Below are positions 13,075 to 25,290 of a stretch of 64,000 bases of DNA, in pieces (positions within the stretch are counted from its first letter, which is position 1; every line of letters begins with the position of its first letter). Under the pieces are notes generated by a model. The model was not told the DNA's origin and did not search any database. It saw only the letters and a list, made by a program, of their open reading frames with translations. This stretch comes from Balanoglossus misakiensis (Eukaryota > Animalia > Hemichordata). Made by a program: the position numbers and the translations under genes. The DNA lies in assembly GCA_040954595.2 (NCBI GenBank), contig CM082596.2, forward strand, positions 10,250,461 through 10,314,460, in the 5' to 3' direction.

Positions 13075-16000
13075 CTACTTGTGTTTTGCTTCGGAGTAAA
13101 TTTTCATTTTAATGTACTGCTCCACCTCAGCAACCTTGCAGTCAAACTTGCTGCATACAATATCTGTGGGGAAACACAGAAAAATAATTGCTGAATGAAA
13201 TTGTACTGAACCAAAGCTCAAACCTTAGAGATGTCTTTGTTTGCCATACTATATTTTTTTTTCTAAAACCTAACCGCCAGAAACAAAGAACAAACTAAAT
13301 GAAAATATATCAAGGTTACGGTAGAGAGAATGGTATATTTGATTTGCAGTCCCTTAAACGCTTTTACAACTTTTTAAAGATGGCCTATCTCATTCCACAT
13401 ACACGTCTCCATTAGCAGACCAAAGCAGATTTTGCAAAAGCACTGCAAAATTTGCACCCTATCTACAGCAGGTTACACTATGTTAAAGAGGTATACATCA
13501 CTGATCACTCCAAATATACAAAATGCCAATATATCTTTGTGTATTCCTATGACCTAAAATAGCAAATTAATAATTGGAGATGATAAGTAACTTAATACCT
13601 ACATACCTTTAATGGCTCTTATTTTGTCGGCATCCAGCGCTGGTTTGGGTAAAGAACCCTTGACTGAGTTGCACACTCTGCCACTATACGAATGAGTCCT
13701 GAGTGTTTCCCTATCAAACACCACTGCCATCAAATCATACGTCATTTTCTTCGCTGTTGATTCGTCAACGCGGCTCAGCTGCTTGGCAGTTACTATCATC
13801 TCATCATTGACCAAAATCTGAAAAAGACCAAAATAATTGGTAACACTAGAGGCAGACACAAAATAAATATGATTTCTGTCATAGAAAACCTGATAAAATA
13901 GAAAGTACAGTAAAAACTCTATCACAGAGTTCTTACAATACTTTCTATTTTCTATGAAATCAACAGCTCTAACAATACAACCACATTTTCCATGGAAGTA
14001 AAGTTGCAGAGCCATGATCTGTTCTAAACAGAGTTGCAATCATCAGGTCTGCAGATAAATAAACAAAAACTATATGACCAAAATAATTAAATTCTTTGTT
14101 TTGCATCCACTCAGATTTTGATAGGTAAGTGCACAAGTTCAGAAACACAGAAATTTTTAACAGGTAAATTTAATATTTACTCGATAGTTTCCATGTAATA
14201 CAAGCACCTTATCAAGAATCCCAGCAGAAACTAATTTTTCACCCTGTTAAGTTGCACTCAAATGTGACATTCTGCAAGCATGCAGGTGTTCCAATCACAT
14301 TTCCCAAAGCATGTATACAAAAAATTTGCAGGCAGAAAAGTTTTTTTCATGAAATCTCGCAAAACATACACATGCAGAACAAAGAATTTTCTTACTTAGG
14401 CCATATGGTTGAACCTAAGAAGCAGAAGTATTATTTGAATGACTATGACTATGTCTATGCAGATTCCTGAAATCACACATTCATGATAAATTGAAATAGA
14501 TATCAACAGTTACCTCTTCACTGTTCAATGGGGCATCATGTGTTCCACTGGAGTTATTTGTCTTTGAGACTGCAGGTGCACCAGTCTTTACACCAAATGT
14601 TCTTTTTACATCAGCAATTTGTCCAAGCAGGCCAGGTAACTCTATACCATTTGAAAAGATTAGAAAATAGAGGTATAGGACATATGTTTATTGATTTAAC
14701 TCCAATAGTTCATAGGAAAAGGAATAAAAAAGAGACAATCCTGGCAAGAAAATATTGTTAACCAATAAGACAGTGGACCATCATCCATAAACAAAATTAT
14801 TTTAATTGTGGTGAACTGAGATGTTTACATACTGACCAGCATTATCAAACTATTGTCAAGTAACTACAAAACACATAGTTTGAGAAAGCTGGTCACAAAT
14901 GAAGGCTTTCATTGGTGCTGAAAAAGGTAAGTTACAGCTTGCCCAGCTTAGTCATCATGTACAAGTGAATAAATTAAATGTTTTTCATTTATAAATTAAT
15001 TATGGTAACATTTTACTTTGTATTTCAAAACATATATGGAGTCCTTGATACTTCAATTTCTCGTCAAAAAAATGCTGAAAATGATGTTCTTTTGTGATAT
15101 TCATGAGTATTTTCAAAAACAATCATTCTGTGGCATATTTTGGCTGTTGACTTTTGATATTTCTAAAAATAAAACCAAAAGAACACTGACAAAATAATTT
15201 GATTCAGCTAAAACCTACTCATTGCATTAAAAATATACAAGAACTAAAACAATCCACTGACTTTATTCAATGCGTGTATCAATATTCTTTTACCTTTTAA
15301 CACTCGAAGAGAATAGCGTAGTGCAGCATTTTCCTCCTTCAATTCCCTTATTTCTTGGTGTAGCTTGTCCTCATCATAGCCTTCTGAGCCACTGGACACT
15401 GGTGTTGAAGCACGGAATGAACTCTAGAATGCAGAGGAACATTAATGAAATAGACTAAAAATCACAGTTGTCAACAATAACAACACAGTTCATACATGGA
15501 TTTCAACATGCTTGTGATATTTACCCATCAACAGCACTGAACTGCAGTCACTTTTTGATGGAAATATTATTAGTTTCAATAATTGCATAACTTTGCTCAC
15601 ATTTTAAAGATACATTTTGCAGGGGTTGCGTTAACCCCATATTTTGCTTCCCGAACTTTTCAGGGGGACTCTTACTTTTTACACAGAGGGGTCCCATCTC
15701 TCACATAAATACAAAAATTTTAATTTCCTGTCTTTAATTTCATGTGACAGGGACTCATTCTGAGCAAACACTAGTGCAATCCCTGTTTCATAATTAAGCC
15801 ACACAAGCTCACAACACTCTCTTATACGTCAGCATTATTTTAGCTTTTGTGCAAGTTTGGAAGTAAAAGTATATGCTTCAGGGGCAGAAATTGTAGCGTA
15901 TGACATTGCCAGTACTTACAGACTTAAGTGACTGGACATCCTCCTCCATTTTTTTACGAACTTCAGATGTCTTCTTGCTTTCTAACTTTCTCAGCAAATT

Positions 16001-16904
16001 TAAAGACGAATTCTTTTGGCTGATCTTCTTTTTTTTTATTCAAGTTATTTTTTTCCTGAAAAAGAAATGAAATGATTATTGTGAGATACTTCTGAACACT
16101 TGGCATGGAGTTTTGAAAATGGGTGTTTATATTGACAACGAGAAATTAATATCATCTGTACCTAGATAAATCATATTGAATTCTGCATCAGCCACATGGT
16201 AGTTAAATATCAACTTACCGGTACATAATCATCTTCATCATCTTCGCTGTCGGTGTAGATTCTCTTTGGTGCCTTTTCACGTTTCCCCCGTCCATATTCT
16301 GGAGTCTTAATGTTTGTGTTCACCCCTTTTTTGACATAGACGTTGGCTAGTCGCAACAGCTCCTGCCTGTCATCTGTAAAGATAAACATTATGACCTGGT
16401 TGTGAAAAACACACACACACACACAACTGAATGAGAAACTTTTGCTGACGATCAAAAATGCACAACACAAACCACGTAAAAAAATTGTGTCACAAAGTAA
16501 AACAAAGGGGTTGCTGGCTTTCCTGGCAACTTGTTTTGTTATGCAAATAGTATAACAATGAACAGGAAGTAAACAAGCTGTGTTTGGTTCAAGGGAGCCC
16601 AAGACCCTGGGATCGAGATAAAGGTAACTTTCTACAATGAACGTCTTCAACATTGGGAAATGTTTCTACCTGACACGTTTTTTTGAGTTTTGAAAAAATC
16701 CAAACAATTCTTACCGCTAAACTTGATAACTCTTGCTACATATCTCGCCGGATCTCTTCCTGCCTTCTTTGATGGCCACTGGACAGCACAATCTTCGTCG
16801 AAGTCAAAACTCATAACGTCGTCTTCATCGAGATCTTCTATCCAATTCGTCTCACCAACTTCAACACTCTTTTCTTCGTAAAAATCAAATAAAGCGTACT
16901 TCAT
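13075..16904 (-). CDS. Transposon-borne coiled-coil + BEN-domain protein (BEND5-like architecture), 7 exons, ~345 aa, one homopolymer frameshift
   Basis: Exons 16904-16715, 16373-16219, 16055-15920, 15423-15294, 14641-14514, 13817-13607, 13163-13075; all GT-AG and phase-compatible after removing one base in the T9 run at ~16029-16037. N-terminus MKYALFDFYEEKSVEV...ARVIKFSDDRQELLRL; coiled coil LHQEIRELKEENAALRYSLRVLKELP; BEN-like KKMTYDLMAVVFDRETLRTHSYSG...KPALDADKIRAIKDIVCSKF...IKMKI. Confidence 0.8.
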
Positions 16905-17032
16905 GGTGACTAGATCGACGTTCGTAAATAGAGAAATCTTAAGCGGAGCTGGTAGCGAGTGACGCGTGGTGTGTCTTCGGTGGTTACTGAATCAGCTGTA
17001 AAAGGTCAGGAGTTCGCCGACTATTTATTTAC

Positions 17033-17280
17033 CTTGATGCATGCTGGGTAAGAAATGCGGGCGTTTATGAGAAGAGTCAAAGGTCATGCAGTAGGTCATG
17101 TGATTTTAAAATACAGCATTTCTTAGAGCTGAGATGTTATTTGAAAAAAAAACACGTTAAGATATCATTCACTTTATTTTGAAACGCCAAAATTCACCTT
17201 AAAGTAGTACCACAGATCGATCGGAACGTTAAAATTTGTACTTGAGATGATGCCATATCTATCACCCAGCATGCACCGCA
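17033..17280. promoter_or_regulatory. Bidirectional promoter with two outward-facing ZNF143/Staf-like motifs
   Basis: TCACCCAGCATGCACCGCA (17262-17280, +) and TTACCCAGCATGCATCAAG (17033-17051, -) fit the Staf consensus YYWCCCRNMATSCMYYRCR at 19/19 and 18/19. They lie between the divergent ATGs at 16904 and 17344. Confidence 0.6.
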
Positions 17281-17343
17281 GTCACCGACGCTTGCACAGC
17301 TGATTCACTAGATCATCAGATCGCTGTTCGTCGCAGAAGAGAC

Positions 17344-20300
17344 ATGTCGAGGGTCGTGCGCGGTCCATACAAGTGTTACCTAAATGATACCGAAGTCAGT
17401 ATTCCAAAGAGAACCTTGTTTAGATGGCGAATTCGCGATAAACATGGTTTAGAGGTAAGTGTAGCTCTTTTTTACCACGGCCTGAAGTATGCGCCGCGCT
17501 TGCTGCAGCTGCAGTTCCGTAGCCTGCAACATTCCTCGATGTGTGTGTGTTACGGAAAGGTGCCCCTTCCGTAACACACACATCGAGGAAAGTTGCTGGC
17601 TACGGAACTGCAGCAAGCGCCGGGCGAAAACTGGCATTGTCTGTCATTTCTCGGTGATTGTTATAATTATAGGGTGTCATAGGTAGTGTATGCATTTTAT
17701 TTCTGTTCTTTTTGGTTTTATTAAAGTCCAAAAGGCTAGCTTGTACATCTCCAACTCTTTGTCTAAATATAGCAGCATTTATGCTGCTGCAGTATTTTTT
17801 TAATTGAAAAATAATTTAGTACTACGAATATTGAGGGAAAAAAACAAAAAAAAACAGGTCATTACTGACACCAGCCTACTTTTCTTTATAAGAACTATTA
17901 AAGCATTAGCACTTTCCTCTGAGATTTAGAATCAAATGATGTAATATGCATTATGTAGTCCCGCTATACTGAAATACATATCTTAACCACATTCTATTCA
18001 TATCTTTCAGACTGATGATATCGCCATCGACACTGACAGTTGTTCTGTAAATAGTGACTACCAATCTGAAAGTGGCAATGATGAATATTTATATGATGGT
18101 AACGCCTCTCATGACAGTTATCGAAGTGGACTAACTTTCTCTCACAGAGATACAGACATTGATGAATACAGCACTACAGAACCAGACACAGATGACTATT
18201 TATCAGCCGACGAAACATCAGATGATCAGACATCATTCATCATAGATGACCAAGTACCAGCTCAGGAAACGTCACATGTCAACTTACTGAGTGACGGAAG
18301 TGGAGAGATTGAAGAAAGTGAAGAAATTATACACACACGCATATCAAACAAAAACACTAATGGGACGGGCACAGGAGAAAGTGGTGATGAATTGGTAGGT
18401 TCTGCTTTTGACTTTAAAAATTTTATGGTTGCCAATTTGAATTTTGTGCGGTAACTTACCTTAATCACTTATGATCTATGACTTTTTACATTATTTTGAT
18501 GATTTACTTTCAAAGTAAGTGTACTTACTGAAGGGTGTGCATTTACAACTTGAAAAAGTGGACATGGTGCAATATACACATTGATTCCTTGACAGAAACA
18601 TGACAGTGATACACACCAAAATGTCTCTATTCTTTTAGCAATGTGACCAACTTTTGATCATCGGAAATTTAAAAATTGTTTATTTGTTTAGCTATTACAA
18701 CATCGTTTAGTATTCCACTAATCAATCTGTTTTATATGTTAATGCAACTTAATACACATCGTTATTATAAAATACAAGTATGAAAGCTAGTGTCTCTATG
18801 GTTGTGAATGCATTTATTTTAATTCTCAAGGAGGCCTATTATTTAGAGCATGACCCCTGTTTTCAAAATCTGGTGATCAATGCATAAGAGATCAGAGCCT
18901 GTTTTCACAAGGTCAAATCAAGGTTAAATGTGTCAGTCCTGTGAGTGTGACCATTGCATTGTTCATGTTATTTCTGGTTGTCCTATTTTTCTAAATGTAC
19001 TACTATTTTTCTAATTCTCAGGGAGCTGAAGAAGGAACTGGAGAGATGAATGTCACAACAGAACAGCTTTGTCTACTTCTCCAGGCTTTTGTCCTCAGAC
19101 ACCGACTTACGAAAGATGCTCTCAAAGACTTGTTGCACGTCATTAACCTGATAGCACCAGAAACTGTACCAGCAACACCATACTTTTTTAAGAACTGTTT
19201 TGCTGAGACAGCTGTGTCGTGTAAGAAGCACTTCTATTGCTGTAGTTGTATGGCATATCTTGGTGCCGAGGGCGAAATTCAAACTGACACCACTTGTGGT
19301 AGCTGTAATGAGCCTTTCAGTGAGCAAATATCTGTAGCAAATAATAATTTTTTCATTGTAATGCCAATCAAGGACCAACTTGTAGATTTATTAGAAAATC
19401 AGAATATTAATAGTGAATTGTCAGTTTCAACTTTATTGGATGGCTCCATTTATCAAGATCTCCTTGAAAATGGTATCATAAGAGATAATGACTTAACCCT
19501 TCTCTGGAATTGTGATGGGGTCCCTGCCTTTAAGTCCTCTGGTTTCTCAATATGGCCCATTCAGTGTGTAGTGACAGAACTGACTCCAAAATGTCAAAAA
19601 CAAAATATTCTCATGCCTGGCCTATGGTTTGGTCAATCCAAACCACAGATGTATTGTTTTTTGGCACCATTTGGTGAAGAATGTGTGAAATTGGGTAATG
19701 ATGGTTTTACCTGGAGAAATCAAAGTTCTGGTGAGATAATCACAACATGTGTCCATGTGTTATTGTGTTCTTCTAATTCAGCTGCCAGGCCTTTGATGCG
19801 CAATTGCAAACAGTATAATTGGCAGTATGGATGTGACTGGTGCCTGCACCCAGGGGAATACATAGCAAAGGGCAATGGTCATGCACGTGTATATAGTGTA
19901 CAGGATCTTCCTCATCCTGAGTTGAGGAATAACGATCAGTATGAGGATTGTTGTAGGCAGGCGGTTGAAAGAGACCGACCAATATTGGGTGTGAAGGGAC
20001 CCAGTGTGTGTATGTTGCTTCCCAATTTCGACATTGTGAAAGGGTTTGTTCCTGATTATTTGCATTGTGTTTTATTAGGGGTTGTCAGGCAAATCACCTC
20101 ACTTTGGCTTGACAGTGAAAACAAGCAGAAACCCTGGTACTTAGCCCCTGCTAAACAACGTGTAATTAATTCCCGTTTGGTGCAGCAGTTTCCTCCAAAT
20201 GAAATAACCAGGACACCACGATCGTTAGATTACAGAAAGTATTGGAAAGGTTCGGAGTGGAGGGCATTTCTCCTTTTCTATTCTTTAATTGTTCTGAGAG

Positions 20301-21238
20301 GTGTGTTACCTGCAGTTTTTTCTGAACCATTGGTTTTTGCTGGTTTTTGGAATCCACACGTTACTTCAGGAAAAAGTAACAGCCCGCTCTGTTGATCTGG
20401 CAGAGCAGGCAATCAGAAAGTTTGTGACTCAAACTGAATGCCTTTATGGGAAAGAAGTGATGTCATTTAATATGCACATTCTACTGCATTTGTCTAGTAG
20501 TGTTAGGGAATGGGCACCTCTCTGGGCTACATCTTCCTGTGTGTTTGAAAGTCACAATGGTGTAATCATGAAGCTATTTCAGGGTACTCAAAGTGTGCCT
20601 TCACAGATATCAAACACATTCTGTCTGTGGAGAGATTTATCAAGAAGATCCACAATTATACCACAGGATAGTGATCTGAGGCCACTATTTGACAAATTGT
20701 CTAGAGGAATTGTGCATTTAAAGAGGGACTTTCATAGCTGCTCAGGGGTTGTGGCCATGGGAGCTGCTGACAAACGGATATAAGATTGACAGACAGGTTA
20801 GCTGTAGAGGAGGCTGTGGGCCACCCTATCTTGAATGTGAACGCCAAATATTACAAGAGATTCACTATATCAGGTGCTGTGTTCACAACAAGTAGCTACA
20901 CTAGGGCAGCAAAGAGAACGAACCATTATTTTCAGGGACAAGATGAGCAATTGTATGTAATAAGAAACCTTGTAATTCTTAGGCTAGGTTGCATATGCCA
21001 AGGTGATTGTCACTGTAATGAAAGATCATTCCTGATAGCCAGTAGGTGTTTAAGTGGGAGGTCAATGTTTGTTGACAATGAAATTGGCATACAGTGTACA
21101 CATGTAAAACCACTGCGTGAGATTTCACATGAAAGAATTGCTGTGCGACCGTCGTTTTTGAGACGTAAATGTGTAGTTCTTGGAATGGGTGAGTCAATTT
21201 ACCTCTCACCACTCCCCAACCCTTTTGAAAGGGACTGA
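17344..21238 (+). pseudogene. EnSpm/CACTA DDE transposase, 3 exons, ~900 codons, disrupted
   Basis: Exons 17344-17454 (RGPYKCYL...IPKRTLFRW), 18011-18394 (acidic) and 19022-21238. Motifs: HFYCCSC...CGSC, LLWNCDGVPAFKSS..SIWP, CSSNSAARP...YGCDWC, DYLHCVLLG, WKGSEWRAFLLFY, NMHILLHL, FESHNG. Frameshifts at ~20320 and ~20780. Confidence 0.9.
17496..17620. other. Near-perfect ~125-bp inverted repeat (hairpin) in transposase intron 1
   Basis: GCGCTTGCTGCAG..TTCCGTAGCCTGCAACATTCCTCGATGTGTGTGTGTTACGGAA pairs with TTCCGTAACACACACATCGAGGAAAGTTGCTGGCTACGGAACTGCAGCAAGCGC. Confidence 0.88.
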
Positions 21239-21563
21239 TAAGGGCTGCAAAAAAGTCTGTAGGTAGCAAACACTTACCCCAGTACTGTAGTTGAGAGTCC
21301 GTTTCTTCTGATTTGTATTTATATACAGATTTGTATATGTACCAGTGTTTTGCAGATATCATTTTGAAATTGTAATAAATGAATTATTTACAGAGACATA
21401 TTTGTCAAGTATTCATTCACAATATAAAATAGAATGATTAAGAATGAATAGCTGTGTGTTTGAGCTGAATGTATACTGGTATCTGTTTGCTCGGGGTGAA
21501 CTGGTTACTTTCCATGGCCAAACGATACAATCTTCGCCTAAATCAAAATCCTTAGCGTCCGGT

Positions 21564-22790
21564 CATGGTTGGCAATATTTTTCAATAGAAAATCTATTGA
21601 CGGCAATAGAATTCAATAGAGACAGTGGATTTTTGTTAAAATACACTGTTCACATTGAAATGTATGTAGTTGGGGCAAACCTGACAAACTCTTTGTCATT
21701 TTGTGATGATTATGTGCACACATTTGCTAAAAACTAGGGGAAAATGTTTCTTTCACCTATTTCATGGTTGGCAATATTTTTCAATAGAAAATCTATTGAC
21801 GGCAATAAAATTCAATAGAGTCAGTGGATTTTTGTTAAAATACACTGTTCACAGTGAAATATATGTAGTTGGGCCAAACCTGACAAATTCATTTGTCGTT
21901 TTGTGTTGATTATGTGCACACATTTGCTAAAAACTAGGGGAAAATGTTTCTTTCACCTATTTCATAGTTGGCAATATTTTTCAATAGAAAATCTATTGAC
22001 GGCAATAGAATTCAATAGAGACAGTGGATTTTTGTTAAAATACACTGTTCACAGTGAAATGTATGTAGTTGGGGCAAACCTGACAAATTCCTTTGTCATT
22101 TTGTGATGATTATGTGCACACATTTGCTAAAAACTAGGGAAAAATATTTCTTTCAACCATTTCAAGGTTGACAATATTTTTCAATAGAAAATCTATTGAC
22201 GGCAATAGAATTCAATAGAGTCAGTGGATTTTTGTTAAAATACACTGTTCACAGTGAAATATATGTAGTTGGGCCAAACCTGACAAATTCATTTGTCGTT
22301 TTGTGTTGATTATGTGCACACATTTGCTAAAAACTAGGGGAAAATGTTTCTTTCACCTATTTCATGGTTGGCAATATTTTTCAATAGAAAATCTATTGAC
22401 GGCAATAGAATTCAACAGAGACAGTGGATTTTTGTTAAAATACACTGTTCACAGTGAAATGTATGTAGTTGGGGCAAACCTGACAAATTCCTTTGTCGTT
22501 TTGTGTTGATTATGTGCACACATTTGCTAAAAACTAGGGGAAAATGTTTCTTTCACCTATTTCATGGTTGGCAATATTTTTCAATAGAAAATCTATTGAC
22601 ATCAATAGAATTCAATAGAGTCTGTGGATTTCTGTTAAAATATACTTTGTTCACAGTGAAATATGTGTAATGGGGCAAATCTTACAAATTGCTTTGTCAT
22701 TGTATGATAATCATGTTAAAACCTATTAAAAATCATTTTTCACTTATTTCATGCTAGGTAATATTTTCAATAGAAAATCTATTGACGGCT
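21564..22790. repeat. Right subterminal tandem array of the EnSpm element, ~200-bp monomer (~6 copies)
   Basis: TTTTCAATAGAAAATCTATTGAC recurs about every 200 bp (~21579, 21778, 21978, 22178, 22378, 22578). Confidence 0.93.
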
Positions 22791-23180
22791 AGTTTAATGG
22801 AAATCATCTGTATAATTCTATAGAAAATAATATTCTATTGATTTTCTATTGAATTCTACACGTTTCTATAGAGGTCTATAGAGTTCTATAGAACCTTTTT
22901 CGTAAGGGTTGAAATGTGTTTTACATCTAAATGCATCGTTTTGGGAACATTTTCTAGTATGTATGTGATTATTAAATTGAACTTGTATATTTGCTGGGGC
23001 AACTAAATTTTCAGTAAAGATAAGGAATGCCCAATGTTCGGATTGTCTTCAAAAAGATGACAACAACTCAAGTCTCAAAAACTCTTTTGTTTTTAAGTTT
23101 GAATTGTAGTTGTCACATCATTAACGACTTCACATGTGAATGCCAAATTTCGATTCTTAGCAAATGTTGTATTTTCACAG

Positions 23181-23334
23181 AGAGGAGTCCATTTCTCAAT
23201 CATATCACCCCGCAAACTGCCTGAACTCCAAAAACTTAACTTCAAAGCATATGGTGAAGTACAGATGGTACCAATGAAGGATTATGCGGCTGATCCACAC
23301 CACATGATACTTCTCAAAGGTTATCAACTTGCAG
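23181..23334 (+). pseudogene. MED25: MED25-like VWA C-terminal exon
   Basis: RGVHFSIISPRKLPELQKLNFKAYGEVQMVPMKDYAADPHHMILLKGYQLA, flanked by cacag and gtaggt. Confidence 0.9.
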
Positions 23335-23411
23335 GTAGGTATCTGTTGCTACGCAAATATTTGCAATCATACCATGATCTAGATTCTAAAGTTCACTGGT
23401 CAAATATATAT

Positions 23412-25290
23412 GGCCAAAGTAAGTAAATTCTTTGTTTTGCGTCCGCGCGCGCGTAGGTTTTCGGGTTTTTTTGAGAAAAATAACACAAAACTCATTTGCA
23501 TAAATTTCCAATCCACGGCGGTATTTTGTCGAAAAAAATGACATTTCGACAAATGCCACTTTACGGCAGTCCTATTCTAATCATGGTGTGACGTAAAACG
23601 ATACGCCCTACAGCAACTGCGCACGCTCGTAGTTGAAGTCTGTCAACACACGCTGCTGGCTGTACGCGTCCTGTCGCCGCGCATCTCCTCTGTCTGCTGG
23701 GAAAGCCAGGGATCCCCGTGATTTAACATGAATGAAGCCAACGAATAAGTCGTCCTAAAGGTTACGGAAAAAGATAAAACTATCCTTGACTAGATCAGGA
23801 TGGAAGTGACCGACGCGCAAAACTTTGCACGGCTACTGGAAGCCATGGTGAATGTACCATAAAGCCGGCCAGACAGTGTTTCAGTCGCCGATCGTCACCA
23901 CCTCGTCTACCAAAGGATGTTTTTCACCTTTTGTGCGGCCCCATACCCAGGTAACTAATTTATCTTAGTAGAGAAAATTTTTATAGTCAAGCCAGAACAC
24001 AATAATCTTTGTTGCTGTTTGATCACAGGGGGCTCTCCCTCCGCGATTTTGTTTGTTGTTATTGATTGGCATAATAAATAAATATGGTCAAGTTTGTTTG
24101 TTGACATGTAAGGTATACTAGTATTCAACGGTCAGGGTTAGCGTGTACATGTATTCAACGGTTAGAGTAAGTGTTGGCATTTTTTCGATCCATGGCACTC
24201 CCACCTGACCGTTGAATACACCGTGACCCTAACCCTGACCGTTGAATATTATACCTAACATGTCAACAAACAAACGTGACCATATTTATTTATTATGCCA
24301 ATCAATAACAACAACAAACAAACAAACAAACAAAATCGCGGAGGGAGAGCCCCCTGTGGTTTGATTTCTGTCTTTTAAATCCAGTCACATGTTTTTTTGA
24401 TTTTGTTAGATGTTTTCCTGGACAGTTTTTAAATATATTCATAAAGTGTGAAACAGTTATATTTGTCACATTTTATTTTCAAATATTTGATATTTAAAAT
24501 TCATTTCATTTGTGATTTTCAGATCTAGGTCCAACAGATGATGGTGAGCATTACAAATCGTTCTGTCAGTGAAATGGTACTAGAGAAAGGGAGCATTTAA
24601 AGGGGGGGGGGGGTAAGCAAAAGAAAATTCTATGGTGGTAGATCAGTAAAAATAGGTGGTGGGACTGTGAAGTTCAGTGAATGTAGAACATTTGTGTTTA
24701 TTGCAATACAGTCATATTTTAAGATTGAAAATTATCATCTCATGGGTTGGCATATGCATCATACTTCGTAGTGAGATGTTATCACTATACTCAAGCATGC
24801 TTTCGTATTTTGTTTACAGAATTTTCAAAAACATTTCTTCACAGAAATGTTTCATTGTGATCAACCAAACTTGGCAGATGGAAGTTTCTCCACATTACTA
24901 CAGTGCCAGGTTGAATAGTCCTGATGTTTGATATGTTTGTGGGTCAGGAATCATCTCATCCCTATTACACCGGATATGAGGGAACAGTACCAGTCTAGCC
25001 AGCCAGAACTTGTAGAGACAGTGGCCACATTCAGCACACAAATAAGAAATCTAAAACTCGTAAAAGAAAAGCAAATGACAGATTAAAGGCTACAAATGAC
25101 ATTGTATTTTGATCATATTGTAGTAGTGTGTCACACTACTACATAAATGTGCATATTGCACGAGAAAAACTCTGAAATAAAGGCAAACTAATTTTGTGTT
25201 ATTTTTTGTGTGTGTGTTTTTTGACCGCTTACCCTCGTACCTTTTAGAATTTTTAGTGGACGCAAAACAAAGAATTTACTTACTTTGGCC
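23412..25290. mobile_element. Non-autonomous TIR element, PIF/Harbinger-like
   Basis: TIR GGCCAAAGTAAGTAAATTCTTTGTTTTGCGTCC has a perfect inverse at 25258-25290. Flanks are TAT/TAA (imperfect 3-bp TSD). Confidence 0.75.
24024..24358. mobile_element. Nested foldback MITE with a 7-bp TSD (P-element-like)
   Basis: CACAGGGGGCTCTCCCTCCGCGATTTTG...CAAAATCGCGGAGGGAGAGCCCCCTGTG, TIRs >100 bp, GTTTGAT duplicated on both sides. Confidence 0.8.

Larger units (their letters stand above)
11780..22908 (+). mobile_element. Complete EnSpm/CACTA (CMC) DNA transposon, 11.1 kb, in a MED25 intron
   Basis: Left TIR CCCTTACGAAAAAGTTCTATAGAACT; right TIR (revcomp) CCCTTACGAAAAAGGTTCTATAGAACT. TT on both sides (2-bp TSD), subterminal arrays and an internal EnSpm-type transposase. 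Confidence 0.92.

Noticed and set aside
18995-20395. 466-aa ORF as a complete gene
   Set aside because: The ATG lies in an intron (acceptor at 19021) and the C-terminus is a frameshift artefact; it is part of transposase exon 3.
21444-22509. Repeated ORFs WQYFSIENLLTAIEF
   Set aside because: Translations of the 200-bp subterminal repeat.
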